A DNA stretch of 63,938 bases, the filler included, from Octopus bimaculoides (taxonomy: Eukaryota): assembly GCF_001194135.2 (NCBI RefSeq). It is 7 parts of 7 records of this genome, joined end to end, with 100 filler letters (N's around TTAATTAATTAA, not from the genome) between each part and the next. Parts side by side here need not be neighbours in the genome. Positions count along the whole stretch, not along the records: positions 1 to 29,950 come from NC_068982.1; positions 30,051 to 39,255 come from NC_069008.1; 5 more parts are not named here. One strand, written 5' to 3'. Shown piece after piece: positions 24,290 to 37,310 of the stretch. A program made the translations under genes and the position numbers. Below the pieces are notes generated by a model. The model did no database searches. It was not told the origin of the DNA and saw only the letters and a list, made by a program, of their open reading frames with translations. The number at the start of each line of letters is the position of its first letter. The first letter of the stretch is position 1.

Positions 24290-24520
24290 GGTGGGGTTGT
24301 CTTTGTATCTTGCTGTTAGTGTTTATCGTCTACTACTGATTGATAACCGGTGTTGGTGTATTTACGTCCCAGTAACTTAGCAGTTCAGCTAAAGGCCGAG
24401 ATATTAAGCGTTAGGTTTTCAAAAAAGTACTAGGGTCGATTCATTCGACAAAAATTTCTTCAAGGGGGTGCTCTAGCATGGCCGTAGTCTAATGACTGAA
24501 ACAAGTAGAAGAGAAAAGAA
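24290..24520 (+). mobile_element. SINE family B, 3' half
   Basis: GATAACCGGTGTTGGTGTATTTACGTCCC..GGGTCGATTCATTCGAC..GTGCTCTAGCATGGCCGTAGTC..TGACTGAAACAAGT. Confidence 0.8.
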
Positions 24521-24705
24521 ATATATGTACGTACATAAGTGTGCGTAAGGAATATTTAATATTTACGTTTATATGGCGTTAATGCTCTGATGCTGTTTTA
24601 TTTCGTTTAAATTTTATTGAAGTGTTTAAAAAGCACAGCAGAGATTTCAATGACAATTTTGATTTGTTTGTCAGCAATCTTGCATGCAATATCTCTGTTT
24701 TTAAT

Positions 24706-24865
24706 AAGGCGGTGAGCTGACCGAATCGTTAGCACGTCGGGTGAAATGCTTAGCGGCATTTCATCCGTCTTTCCGTTCTGAATTCAAATTCCGCCGAGGT
24801 TGACTTTGCTTTTCATCCTTTTGGGGTCGATAAAATAAGTACCAGTTGAGTACCGGAATTGAAAC
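24706..24865 (+). mobile_element. SINE family A
   Basis: Homologous to 648-858. Confidence 0.85.
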
Positions 24866-24890
24866 TGCGAAACTACTAGCTTTAAAACCA

Positions 24891-24922
<32 letters not shown>

Positions 24923-27900
24923 TTGTGTGTGTATGTATATATATACGTTTATATAAATATAAATACCACTGGTCTAGATCAAATAGGCGTATGATTATAG
25001 ACATTTCGGCCGTGATCTTACCATATGAGGTTTTTAGACATTGTATATATCCTTGAATAGATTGTCCAATGTATCCTTCTTCTCATTTTGTAGTGTGTGA
25101 TATGAGGGATCTTAGGCTGCCATTTCTAGCCTAGTATGAATAGTAATTTCGTAGACGCTTTCTCGTTCACTCGTTGATGTTGGTGGTGTTGCTTTTTATT
25201 CCTACGTTAGCCCTGACTAATAAACATACAATTTAAATCATTCGCATCCCTTTTCAGTTTTTTTAAAACGATTTTCTTAAGTCTACGACTACATTACATA
25301 GTGACCTTTCTGTCTGGAGACGGTAGTATATGTTGGTTAAGCTGAATTTTATGGATTTTTATTGTAGGAATAAAGTTAAACTTCTGAGCAATGTAGGATA
25401 CCTCGCATGTATTGCGATTTAAATTGAGTTTGAAATTTCCATTTAGACATTTGAAGTTGTTTCGTATATCGAGAACTCTAGTATAATCAGTAGTGTAGCT
25501 TCTACGAAGAAAAACTTCATTTTTACTATGTTTTTAAATATTACTCGTCAATTGTTATGGCGGTTGACATTAGTTTGCATAACAAAATGTCGAAGAAAGA
25601 CACCGCCGAAAAAATCACATTTACTTTACACTCACGGTACAAAAACTTATTTATAAGTTTAGGAATTTCATTATCCCCTTTACTATTTCTGGTTGTTGCA
25701 TTACATTTTATTTCGCAGTTATTTTATCTACCTTATTTTAGGAGGATGTATTATTTATTTCTTTTCTTTGTAAATTTATTGTTGAATATATCGTTTGAAG
25801 TTTTGTCTTGTTAGTGAGATAGTTACGATAACGGTTCTAGATATGAGTCTCCTAAATAAAGAAAGAATAGATAAAGTTATAGGTAAAGTCTCTTGAGAAG
25901 ATTTTTGTCAACAGATCTCATTACTAACACCATCCACTGAAAAACATGCATTAAAGATCTTACATCAAACTTCATAAGTAACGTACAGTCTCTAGATATA
26001 TTTCAGTCAAATACATCAACAACATAAGTATGAGCACAGTTTATTCACCATTACAATAAATCAACCCAAGCTTAATGGAAATGTTTCAGTGGTGTGTTAG
26101 ACGCGGTGGACCCGCATACCAAAATATAAGAGTGTTGATGTTCATCCCTCAGCAATTCAAGTTCAGAGCTTCGATACATTTATTGTCGTTAAAATAACAA
26201 TGGGAATTTACAGAAGATTTTATATTTTCTTGAAAAAGTTGTAGCGTTAGGAAATACTTAATAGTTTGAAGAGCGAGTGGGGAAGGAGCTGGAGGGCAAA
26301 CGGGGATAGAGGGAGAGAGAGAAAGTAATAGAGAAAATTCGTAATGTTTCCGTATGTCTAATTATATATTAGAACTAATTTTGAAATAAGACTATCTTCT
26401 AATTTCAGTTCGGATTTTAATTTAATAATTAATGTCTTTTAGAAATAGAATCACTGTTTATTCGCGTTACGCCATAAGATAAAGGCCATGGACAGGGCCA
26501 GAGGTATTTGAACTCATATTAGGGCAATACAAAAATAAATTCCATGAATTATTTTGTTCTCTTAGATAATCTCAATTCCAAATCATATAAGCTGTATTTC
26601 ATTCTTTTTCCTCGTTAGCTAGGAAAAGTTTAAACATTAATGTAACTCTAAATATTTAATACTCACGAGATGCTTAATTAAAATTCCATATAAATTCATT
26701 AAAAATCAGTGTTAGAATATTTATAAAAGATAACGTGTAGGACCTTAGAACAGATCAACTGTAGTGGACTATTAGAAACGGTAGTATTGTAGCGATCGAT
26801 TTCTTGTATGTAATTAGTTGTATTCATCTACATTGAGTTGAGAAAATATAGGCATTACTCTGTGTGCAGATAAAATAGTTAGCAGTAATTTACACGAATA
26901 GATTCTATTGACTGTAGGAAAAGTAAAAGCTCAATAATTAAGATAGCAATAAACTAGAAAGTAAGAGAGAGGTTATTAAATGCTAAACAATATTTGGTTT
27001 CGTATTTGAAACCATATTGATATTAACATTATCTTTCATCTTTCGGGTTCGTTTATAGCATATAAAAGCAATTAATGAAATGTCTTACCTAAAATATTTT
27101 GTTGTACCAATGTAAAAAATATCAGAAGTGCAATGATCCGAACAGATTTGAGAAAGATTTAATCTTTCCACATTTCCGGTTACATTGATTTTTTTTTCTG
27201 CTTGTTCCCTGTTTTCGATAAAAGTCTCAGTTTATACCCACCCAATTGTTCTTGCCACCGAAAAGACAGATTATTTCACACCAAATTATTTAGCATCTAT
27301 ATATAAAATATTCGGCTAAATTCGTTATACGGTGACGAATATCAAGATTTTAGCGGAAACGACAGAGTGTTATCCGTGAGAGATAATTAGAAGGAAGATT
27401 TGATGTGGTAGGTATTAGTAAAATAAGTTTAATCGAAATGACAACAAGAGCAATTCATTTGAGAACTGAGTTGATGCAGTGATGAAAGTCATGTCTTATG
27501 ACCAATTTCCTACTGTAGTTAAATAATTTATTTTTACCTCTTGTTCATACAGGTCATAATATAGTATTTGTAGAGGAATAGTTCATCCCTGTTACTTTCT
27601 CAGCACACACTACAAAAGACAAGTGTTTCCCAGCGAAATCATATTTGTTTTGAAAAAGCTATATATACTTCAAAACCAATTTCAGTTTGGTGAATATAAT
27701 CTGTTTCGCTAAGAAGACCCAATAAGACAGAAACATGATATTGATAAAAATGAACTTAATAAAATTAGACTTACATCTTACTGCACGTTACTTCATTTAA
27801 GTTTCTAACAGTTTTCGATCACTTGCCTCCGTTGATTTTGACAAATATGGACGCTACAGATGTTTCAGTTTGGTTAAAATTGCTACTTATGGATGTCATT

Positions 27901-28699
27901 TTAATTGATTAAATAATGATTTTTAAAGAAGATTTTTGGTTCAAAGGGATAACTCCATGTATATTTTACTGGCAGTCCTGAATTAATATGACATCGAAAG
28001 AGATTGTTATCTCCTTTGTGGAAATCAATAGCACTAATTTTAAGCTATCTCTGCTTTCATAAGAAACAGTGAGAGAATGAAGTATCAAAGGTCATTGCTG
28101 TTGGGGAAGACAGATAAAAGAAAAATACGTAAACTGCAGTTTTCTTCAATCACAATGTAATCATATATTTCGAAATCGTTTGTTTCACAAACGTCTGTTT
28201 GACTGCAGAAATATCTTACAGATTTTGTTGGTCAGCTTTCGATGGCAGGAGTCGAAACAGTTCATTCACACCGCTATGTTTATTAAGGTCTAGAGTAACA
28301 AAAAGAAACAGCCATCAGGCTAATATAATTGCAGTCTCGATCTTACCCAATTTAAAACTCAACAAATTCATCTCATATCAGTCCATTACGATAATATATT
28401 TATCGCCATATTAACATCATCTGCATACAATTGTAGCAACTATTTTTAATAGCACAAACACCTCTGATTTATTTATTTAAAATCTTGATACACTAAATTT
28501 CCTTAGGGTGATTTGAATTCATGCTTCAGGAAGGATAACTAAATATATCAAAGTCTTTTATAAACCACTCTATTTCTTTCGCTCATTTTACCGAATCCTT
28601 ATTTAGAATTTAAACTATTTTATCGATCTCAGAAGAATAACAGGCAAAGCTAGCCTCATCAATATTTGAATACAGAACGTAGAAAACTGGAACAGATTC

Positions 28700-28930
28700 T
28701 TATTTCTTTATTGCCCACAAGGGGCTAAACATAGAGGGCACAAACAAGGACAGACAAAGGTATTAAGTCGATTACATCGACCCCAGTGCGTAACTGGTAC
28801 TTAATTTATCGACCCCGAAAGGATGAAAGGCAAAGTCGACCTCGGCTGAATTTTAACCCAGAACGTAACGGCACACGAAATACCGGTAAGCATTTCGCCC
28901 GGCGTGCTAACGTTTCTACCAGGTCGCTGG
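28700..28930 (-). mobile_element. SINE family A
   Basis: Reverse complement of the 648-858 head and core, with a different 3' tail shared with the 33800 copy. Confidence 0.85.
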
Positions 28931-29111
28931 AACAGATTCTGCTAAGCATTTCGTTCGATGCGCTGGTAGTTAGTCGCTTTCCATTCCTGTATATGCCACC
29001 CAGCAAGTTGATAAGAAAAATCAGGTTACACACAATAGTTTCAAGGGTTTACAAGGCGTGTGGTGATGTGCAGATTCAGTTATGTGAAAATGAGGCAGAG
29101 CCAGAATCTGA

Positions 29112-29165
<54 letters not shown>

Positions 29166-29627
29166 ATTGGTAGCATCATTAGCGCATCGGAGAAAATGCT
29201 TTGCTGTACTTGCTTCAAATCTTTACGTTCTGTGGTCAAATCCTGTCAAGATCAACTTGCTATATATAAAATATATGGTTGAACAACGAATTGAAAGACA
29301 AATTTTATGACATTACAAGCTTCGAAATCCACTATCGAAATCCGAGGTTTGAAAAACCAAATTTGTATGAGGCCAATTTTGGGGAAACCAAAAACCGGGA
29401 TTGTCCGAACTTCTGAACTGTGTATATATATGTTACCCTTGTAACTTTTGACTGCACGTCTGGTGTAGAATTTGCTGTTTATTTGTGTATATATTTGTTT
29501 GTATGTAAGCTGTTTTATGTTGACTATTAATAATATTTTACAAGGTATTCATGGTGTGGTGTTGTTTTAAATTCACCCTATCCACGTTAATTCTGTGAAT
29601 TCGGTTTATGGCTACCAGGTCATAACA

Positions 29628-29679
<52 letters not shown>

Positions 29680-29994
29680 CTATGGACGGACGGTAGACGT
29701 GTCGGCTCCGTAAGTTTTGCCTTTTTCATGTTTTAAAAAGTTTGTTTGTAAAGTTTATTTTATATACAAAGTTGTATAACAACTTGTAGACTCTCTGGTG
29801 CAAGTTTTTTGCGACGGAAATCTGCCCTGTGTGGCACATTTCCAGGATATAAAAACCAATTTCGGCTTTCTAGCCATTTTTTTTTGAGACGATGGCGTCT
29901 TGTAGCCATGAAAATGTTTGTGAAACGAACGCTGCAGTCTGCAGTGTTTCNNNNNNNNNNNNNNNNNNNNNNNNNNNNNNNNNNNNNNNNNNNN

Positions 29995-30006
29995 TTAATT
30001 AATTAA
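29995..30006. other. Assembly spacer TTAATTAATTAA within a 100-bp N block (also at 39300, 50071, 54249, 57511, 62100)
   Basis: Identical 12-mer with stops in all six frames, flanked by 44 N on each side, at six positions. Confidence 0.95.
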
Positions 30007-30050
30007 NNNNNNNNNNNNNNNNNNNNNNNNNNNNNNNNNNNNNNNNNNNN

Positions 30051-30082
<32 letters not shown>

Positions 30083-30087
30083 ATATG

Positions 30088-30154
<67 letters not shown>

Positions 30155-30278
30155 TGACAGAGAGATAGAGAGACAGACAGACAGAGTGAATATATATATG
30201 GGTATGTGCGTATTGATGTATATATGTGCATGTATGTATATCTACTTATTTATCTATATGAATATGCATGTATGAATA

Positions 30279-30310
<32 letters not shown>

Positions 30311-30348
30311 CATATGTGTGTGTATGTGTGTGTTTCTGTGTGTATGTT

Positions 30349-30379
<31 letters not shown>

Positions 30380-30507
30380 ATATATATACACATATGTGTG
30401 TGTATGTGCACGTATGTGTGCATATCAGTGTACGTATGCATGCGTTCATAACTCATATATGTGTATATATGGATATGCATGCATATATATGTGTGTATAT
30501 GTATTTG

Positions 30508-30543
<36 letters not shown>

Positions 30544-30811
30544 CACGTATATGAATATGTACATATATGTCTCGCTATATATCTATATATTTATACACAC
30601 ATGTGTATACAAACTATGTATAGTATATACACGAGTGTGTGTGTGAGTGTGTATGCACGCGCGCGCGCGTACACACCATAAATTTCCATAATATACTACA
30701 ATGAATATAATAGACTTCAAAACCTAAGCCTGCCCGAATTGTCTCAAAGACCCCACAATATCATAGAAACACGCCCCTTACACCAGCCCGTTAACACACA
30801 CACACACACAC

Positions 30812-30843
<32 letters not shown>

Positions 30844-30939
30844 NNNNNNNNNNNNNNNNNNNNNNNNNNNNNNNNNNNNNNNNNNNNNNNNNNNTGTGTG
30901 TGTGTGTGTGTGTGTGTATGTATGCATGTATAGATAGAC

Positions 30940-30984
<45 letters not shown>

Positions 30985-31958
30985 TGCTTCTACCTGAGCT
31001 GTAAAGCGATGATGACATTCTTTCGCTCAGTTGATAATCTGTAGCTTTCATCAAAACTATTACAGTGACGTCTCCTCTCTGGTAAATGCCATTCAGAATC
31101 ATGTCAATTCGCCGTTGTTGACGAGCGTGTGGACGAACGTCTTTTTCAAACCACGAAGAGAGAGAGTACACAGCTTTTGTTTTATGATATATGGAAATTA
31201 TGTGTTCTTTTAAGCAACATATTAATTCATATGTGTCTCGTTTAGGGTGATGTGTCCCCTAAGTGGCTTACAAAACCAACTTTTGATAGGCAACCACTGT
31301 TACTGAAGGGATATATGAATAGATTTTCATCTTTCACTCGTTTCAGTTGTTTGACTGTAACCATGCTGGGACACCTACTTGAAGGGTTTTAGTTGAACAA
31401 ATCGACGCTTTGATGGGTTTTGTTTTTCATCCCGCAAGGTGTCCAAGAGTCTCCCACCTTACGAAGCAAGCTTGATAGGGTTACCGGTTTATTTTATGCA
31501 ACACGATGTACGGGACTACAGGCCAACAATAATGCAAGAGCAACCTCACAATTGTATACACATATACATACGCACTCACTTTTGTAAACATAAGGATACA
31601 GAAAATGTGTCATGGCTAACTGGAAACGGTGTTTCCTAGGGCTAAATAGCAGTAGCATTCTTCCCTTTCATGGGACTGTCACATTAAGTTGACAACATGC
31701 CATCACCTTATACACACCCATACCCACACACACACATATATATATATATATACACACACACATATATATACATACACACACACATATATATATATACTGA
31801 GAGAGAGAGAGAGAGAGAGAGTGAGAGACAGAAAGGGGGATGGAGAGGGAAAGTGAGAGAGAGGGAAAGAGAGAGAGAAAGAAGGAGATAGAGAGGGGCA
31901 GAGATAGAGAGAAAACGAGAGAGAAAGGAGACAGAGTGGGGCAGAGACAGAGAGAGAA

Positions 31959-32014
<56 letters not shown>

Positions 32015-32050
32015 NNNNNNNNNNGAGAGAGAGAGAGAGAGAGAGTGAGT

Positions 32051-32082
<32 letters not shown>

Positions 32083-32914
32083 TAGAGAGACAGAGACAGA
32101 GAGAGATGTGGACAATATCAAGAGCACCTTGTTGTCTCCAGCGAGAATACTTCTCCAAGACAAACTGTAGTGAAAATCCTATTTTCGGGTCCAGTTACCT
32201 CTCAAATATTTTTGAACTCCCATTTCCAGTTCGTTCGGTAGTTTTTAGCTACTATTTCTCTCAGGTCAACCCTGACCCGTAGCAGCAGCAGCAGCACGTA
32301 AATACACAAGTTAGTCTACGCTGAAATCACAGGATACACCATGGCGGATGTGAAGTATTTTGGCAGACGACCTTATTGAGCCAATGGCGATTATCACTAA
32401 ATGCTGAGTCGATGAACAGACAACAAACTGTCGATGTTTAGGATCAACCAGTTTCAGTTAGCAAACTGTTGCTATCACCTGTAGCGGTAGCATGAGCAGA
32501 TGAGATAATTCAGTTGGCGAACGGCCATTACGACTAAAATCGAAGCCAGGTGTTCGAGTCAATGGTGAATATCACAAGATGCCGAGCGGATGATCAAACA
32601 GCAAAATGATCAACGGCCACGATCAACGAGTTTCAGTTAGCAAACTACAGTTATCATCTGTAATCGTGGAATGGTGAGCAGATGTGATATTTCAGTTGGT
32701 GAAAGGCAATTTGTGACTGAAAATCCATGCCAAACGTTCACGGTACATCGCTCGATCGGCACGTCTAGCATGAAGGAGCGCCATTTACCTGCGCAAATCA
32801 CCTGACCGTATATTAATGTAATTTGCGTAATTCAACCCAAACATGAAGAATTATAGAGAAAGAAAAGAGTTACCACACTGACACACACATACAGAAGTAT
32901 ATCTATGTATATCT

Positions 32915-33290
32915 TCATTTATTCCATCACTTGTTTCAGTCATTTGACAGCGGCCATGCTGGAGCACTGCCTTTAGTCGAACAAATTTTTTGTAAGCCTA
33001 GTACTTACTTGATCGGTTCCCTTTTGACGAAACGCTAAATTATGGGGACGTAAACATACCAATATCGGTTGTCAAGTGATGGTGAGGGGACAAATACATA
33101 CATCCATATTTGTACGACGGGCTTCTTTCAGTTTCCCTCTACCAAATCCACTCACAAGGATTTGGTCAGCCCGAGGCTAGTGTAGAAGACACTTGGCCAA
33201 GGTGCCGCGCAGCCGCGCAGTGGGACTGAACTCAGAACCATGTGGTTAGGAAGCAAGCTTCTTACCACACAGCCACGCACACACATATTT
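32915..33290 (-). mobile_element. SINE family B, near full length
   Basis: Minus head GTGCGTGGCTGTGTGGTAAGAAGCTTGCTT..GGTTCTGAGTTCAGTCCCAC; tail matches the other family B copies. Confidence 0.85.
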
Positions 33291-33799
33291 AAATACACAC
33301 AGATATATGCGTATATATCTGTATAAATATAAGTGCAAACACACACAAACACACACGTACGTTTGTGTGTGTGTGTGTGTGTGTGTGTATTGCAATCATT
33401 GGAAAGACTCAATGCCAAGAATTAACATACCAAGAAATATAGATTCCGCCAAACGGACATGTATTTACGCCTATGCGAGCGTCACTTTCGCACATGCGCA
33501 ATATTCAAACCGCTTCCAAGTTTTCTCATCTGCAGTAGAGACGTGACAAAGTGTGAAGTTTTGCACATGCAAAAGGAATACAGTTATAGCGCTGGTGACC
33601 CTTCCTTCCGTTTCATTATCAGGTTTTGTTAATGCCATTTTTAACAAATGCGATATGAAAGTAAGGAGCGACTACTGTATGTATGTAAATAAGAACGACA
33701 GCCTAGATGTAAGCAACGAGTAGATAGATTGATTGATAGATAGATAGATAGATTCATTGCTTGTTATATATAAGTAGGTAGATAGATTGGTTGATAAAT

Positions 33800-34007
33800 T
33801 TCATTTCTTTATTGCCCACAGGGAGCTAAACATAGAGGGGACAAACAAGGACAGACAAAAAGGATTAAGTCTATTACATCGCCCCCAGTGTGTAACTGGC
33901 ACTGCGAAATCGAAATGAGTGGAATTTGAACTCAGAACGAAACAGGAAACGAAATACTGCTAAGCATTTCTCCTGGCGTGTTAACGATTCTGCCAGCTCG
34001 CCGGCCT
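33800..34007 (-). mobile_element. SINE family A
   Basis: Homologous to 28700-28930 with the core partly deleted. Confidence 0.85.
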
Positions 34008-34092
34008 TGGATTAATTGATAAATTGTTATATATATATTATTGTTGTTTACACCACCTGTCTTCGTCTGTTGTTTTTTTCGTAAATTCTCCC

Positions 34093-34129
<37 letters not shown>

Positions 34130-34858
34130 NNNNNNNNNNNNNNNNNNNNNNNNNNNNNNNNNNNNNNNNNNNNNNNNNNNNNNNNNNNNNNNNNNNNNNN
34201 NNNNNNNNNNNNNNNNNNNNNNNNNNNNNNNNNNNNNNNNNNNNNNNNNNNNNNNNNNNNNNNNNNNNNNNNNNNNNNNNNNNNNNNNNNNNNNNNNNNN
34301 NNNNNNNNNNNNNNNNNNNNNNNNNNNNNNNNNNNNNNNNNNNNNNNNNNNNNNNNNNNNNNNNNNNNNNNNNNNNNNNNNNNNNNNNNNNNNNNNNNNN
34401 NNNNNNNNNNNNNNNNNNNNNNNNNNNNNNNNNNNNNNNNNNNNNNNNNNNNNNNNNNNNNNNNNNNNNNNNNNNNNNNNNNNNNNNNNNNNNNNNNNNN
34501 NNNNNNNNNNNNNNNNNNNNNNNNNNNNNNNNNNNNNNNNNNNNNNNNNNNNNNNNNNNNNNNNNNNNNNNNNNNNNNNNNNNNNNNNNNNNNNNNNNNN
34601 NNNNNNNNNNNNNNNNNNNNNNNNNNNNNNNNNNNNNNNNNNNNNNNNNNNNNNNNNNNNNNNNNNNNNNNNNNNNNNNNNNNNNNNNNNNNNNNNNNNN
34701 NNNNNNNNNNNNNNNNNNNNNNNNNNNNNNNNNNNNNNNNNNNNNNNNNNNNNNNNNNNNNNNNNNNNNNNNNNNNNNNNNNNNNNNNNNNNNNNNNNNN
34801 NNNNNNNNNNNNNNNNNNNNNNNNNNNNNNNNNNNNNNNNNNNNNNNNNNNNNNNNNN

Positions 34859-34976
<118 letters not shown>

Positions 34977-35864
34977 CAGACACACAGACATATGGATAGC
35001 TAGATAAATAGATGGATAAAGAGAAATATAGATAGATAAAGCGATATATTGATCGATAGAAAAATTGATATCGAGATACACAATTAGATCGATTGATAAA
35101 GAGTTAGATAAACACACACATTGCTTCAGAGATGGAGAGATTGATATACATACACAATCGCGCACAGACACATCCATACACACCCATATATAAACAAACT
35201 GTTATCAATAATTAGAAGCTAATGTCCTTTCTCTTCATTATAACTTATATTCTTTACGTCACTCTTTGTGCTATCACCGTTTTCTTTGGTTGTCGATAAT
35301 TTAAATTGATAAAAATATCAATATTTGTGCACAAAGGCACGTGACTGTATGTGTGTGTGTGTGTGTCTGTCTGGTTGTCTGTGTACCTATCTATCCGCTG
35401 TCTGACGTCTATGTGTCTCTCACCACAATTTATAACGGAGAAAGAAGAGTTTAAACTAAAATCATGTTATTGAATTTCTGAGATCAGAGGTATCCGTAAA
35501 GGCGAGTCAACTAATTAATCACTTCTTCTTTATTTAACATAGCTGCTCTCTGAATTCTTTATCTATTATACATTCCCCCTTCTATTCTGAAATGGCAATT
35601 CCCCGTCCTTACCCCATGTCATTCCTCATAATCTCTTATATGCGAAGTGTTGTGAAGAGGGCTATGATCACGTCGACATTACTGGTGCCAGGTCCCATGT
35701 ATTACTTTTGATCTTACTCTGATCAAGACCTGCACCTCCATCGCAGAAATGAGCTGTTGGAAAACGGAAAAGGGCAACCACAGGCGAGGATCCATAACGC
35801 TAATTCTAAGAAAACGTGCTTGGGAAAGGGCGACCATAGGTGAGGATCCGTAACGCTAATTCGT

Positions 35865-36210
35865 CCATGTGATAAGAAGCTTCCTTCCCAACCACATCGT
35901 TCCAGGTTCAGTCCCATTGCGTGGCACCTGGGGCGACTGTCTTCTACTATAGCCTCGGACCGACCAAAGCCTTGTGAGTAGATTTGGTAGACGGAAAGTG
36001 AAAGAAACCTGTCTTGTGTATATATATATATCTATATATATTTGTGTGTGTGTGTGTGTGTCTGTACTTGTCCCCCACCACCACTTGACAACCGGTGTTG
36101 ATGTGTTAACGTCCCCATAATCTAACGGTTCGGGAAAAGAGACCGTTAGAATAAGTCCCGGTGTCGACTTGTTCGACTAAAATCTTTGTGCTCCAGCAAG
36201 GCCACAAGAA
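35865..36210 (+). mobile_element. SINE family B
   Basis: CCAACCACATCGTTCCAGGTTCAGTCCCATTGCGTGGCACC..AGCCTCGGACCGACCAAAGCCTTGTGAG.. Confidence 0.85.
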
Positions 36211-36221
36211 TACATACACAC

Positions 36222-36258
<37 letters not shown>

Positions 36259-36329
36259 NNNNNNNNNNNNNNNNNNNNNNNNNNNNNNNNNNNNNNNNNN
36301 NNNNNNNNNNNNNNNNNNNNNNNNNNNNN

Positions 36330-36361
<32 letters not shown>

Positions 36362-36410
36362 AGTATCAAATGCGAATGTGTATGAAATATCAACATATAT
36401 ATATATATCA

Positions 36411-36448
<38 letters not shown>

Positions 36449-36774
36449 ATACACACGACAAACGAATAAACATGTATACAATGCAACAAGCATTTTGTTA
36501 CAGAAGACCAAGTAAGATGTTCCAAGCTAATTTCGGTTTGCTGACTTCAAATCTAAAATTAGATTGTTTCTATCACGTCTAGATTTTGTATAAAATGCAG
36601 ATCACTTATCAGAATTTTCTACAATGTCCAGATTTCGGTTTTAGTCATCTTAATGCCGCTAATATGAAGCTTGCTTTTCAAGGCTGAAGCAATTTTTGTT
36701 TACCAACTATGTAGAAAATTCTAACGATTTTGTTCAATAAATTTTATCCCGAGTTGGCAAAACTGATTCTGGAG

Positions 36775-37310
36775 CAAGGATTCTCAACCTCTGTTTTTCA
36801 CGTATGGCCCCCTTTGATCACTGTTTTATTCTGACATTCGATATTAAGAAATTAGTTTTATAGAAACTTCTTCCAAAATTCCTTTGTTTTTCACAGATTA
36901 ACTTGTATAGGTTGATCTACGTAAAATGTTACAGAAAGAAACCTGTTTCATGCAATACATACAACTAAAGCAGGGGTTCTTCACCATTTTCTTTTTATCT
37001 ATGTCCTCTTTGAAATAGTATTTTAGTCTGGTGGACCCCAATAGCCATTCGATGTTTGAAAAGTAGTTTTATAGAGAATTCTTTCAAAATTCCAATCTTG
37101 TTTATCACACATTAACTTGTGTAGGTTGAACTATGTAAAACGTTACAGAAAGAAACCTAGCTGTTTCTACCAATATGTTCCAATACATGCATCTAAAGCA
37201 GTGAATCTCAACCGTTTTTTTTATTACAATTTTAACTGGCAGACCCATGTAGCCATTCAATGTTTAAAATCTAGTTTTAGAGCAATTTCTTTCAAAATTC
37301 CTATTTTCAC
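36775..37310 (+). repeat. Three tandem units (about 196-228 bp), each starting with a hAT-like terminus CAG(G/T)G..TCTCAACC
   Basis: Unit starts at 36775, 36971 and 37199. Shared internal blocks TAGTTTTA..TTTCAAAATTCC and TTAACTTGT..AGGTTGA..GTTACAGAAAGAAACC. Confidence 0.7.
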
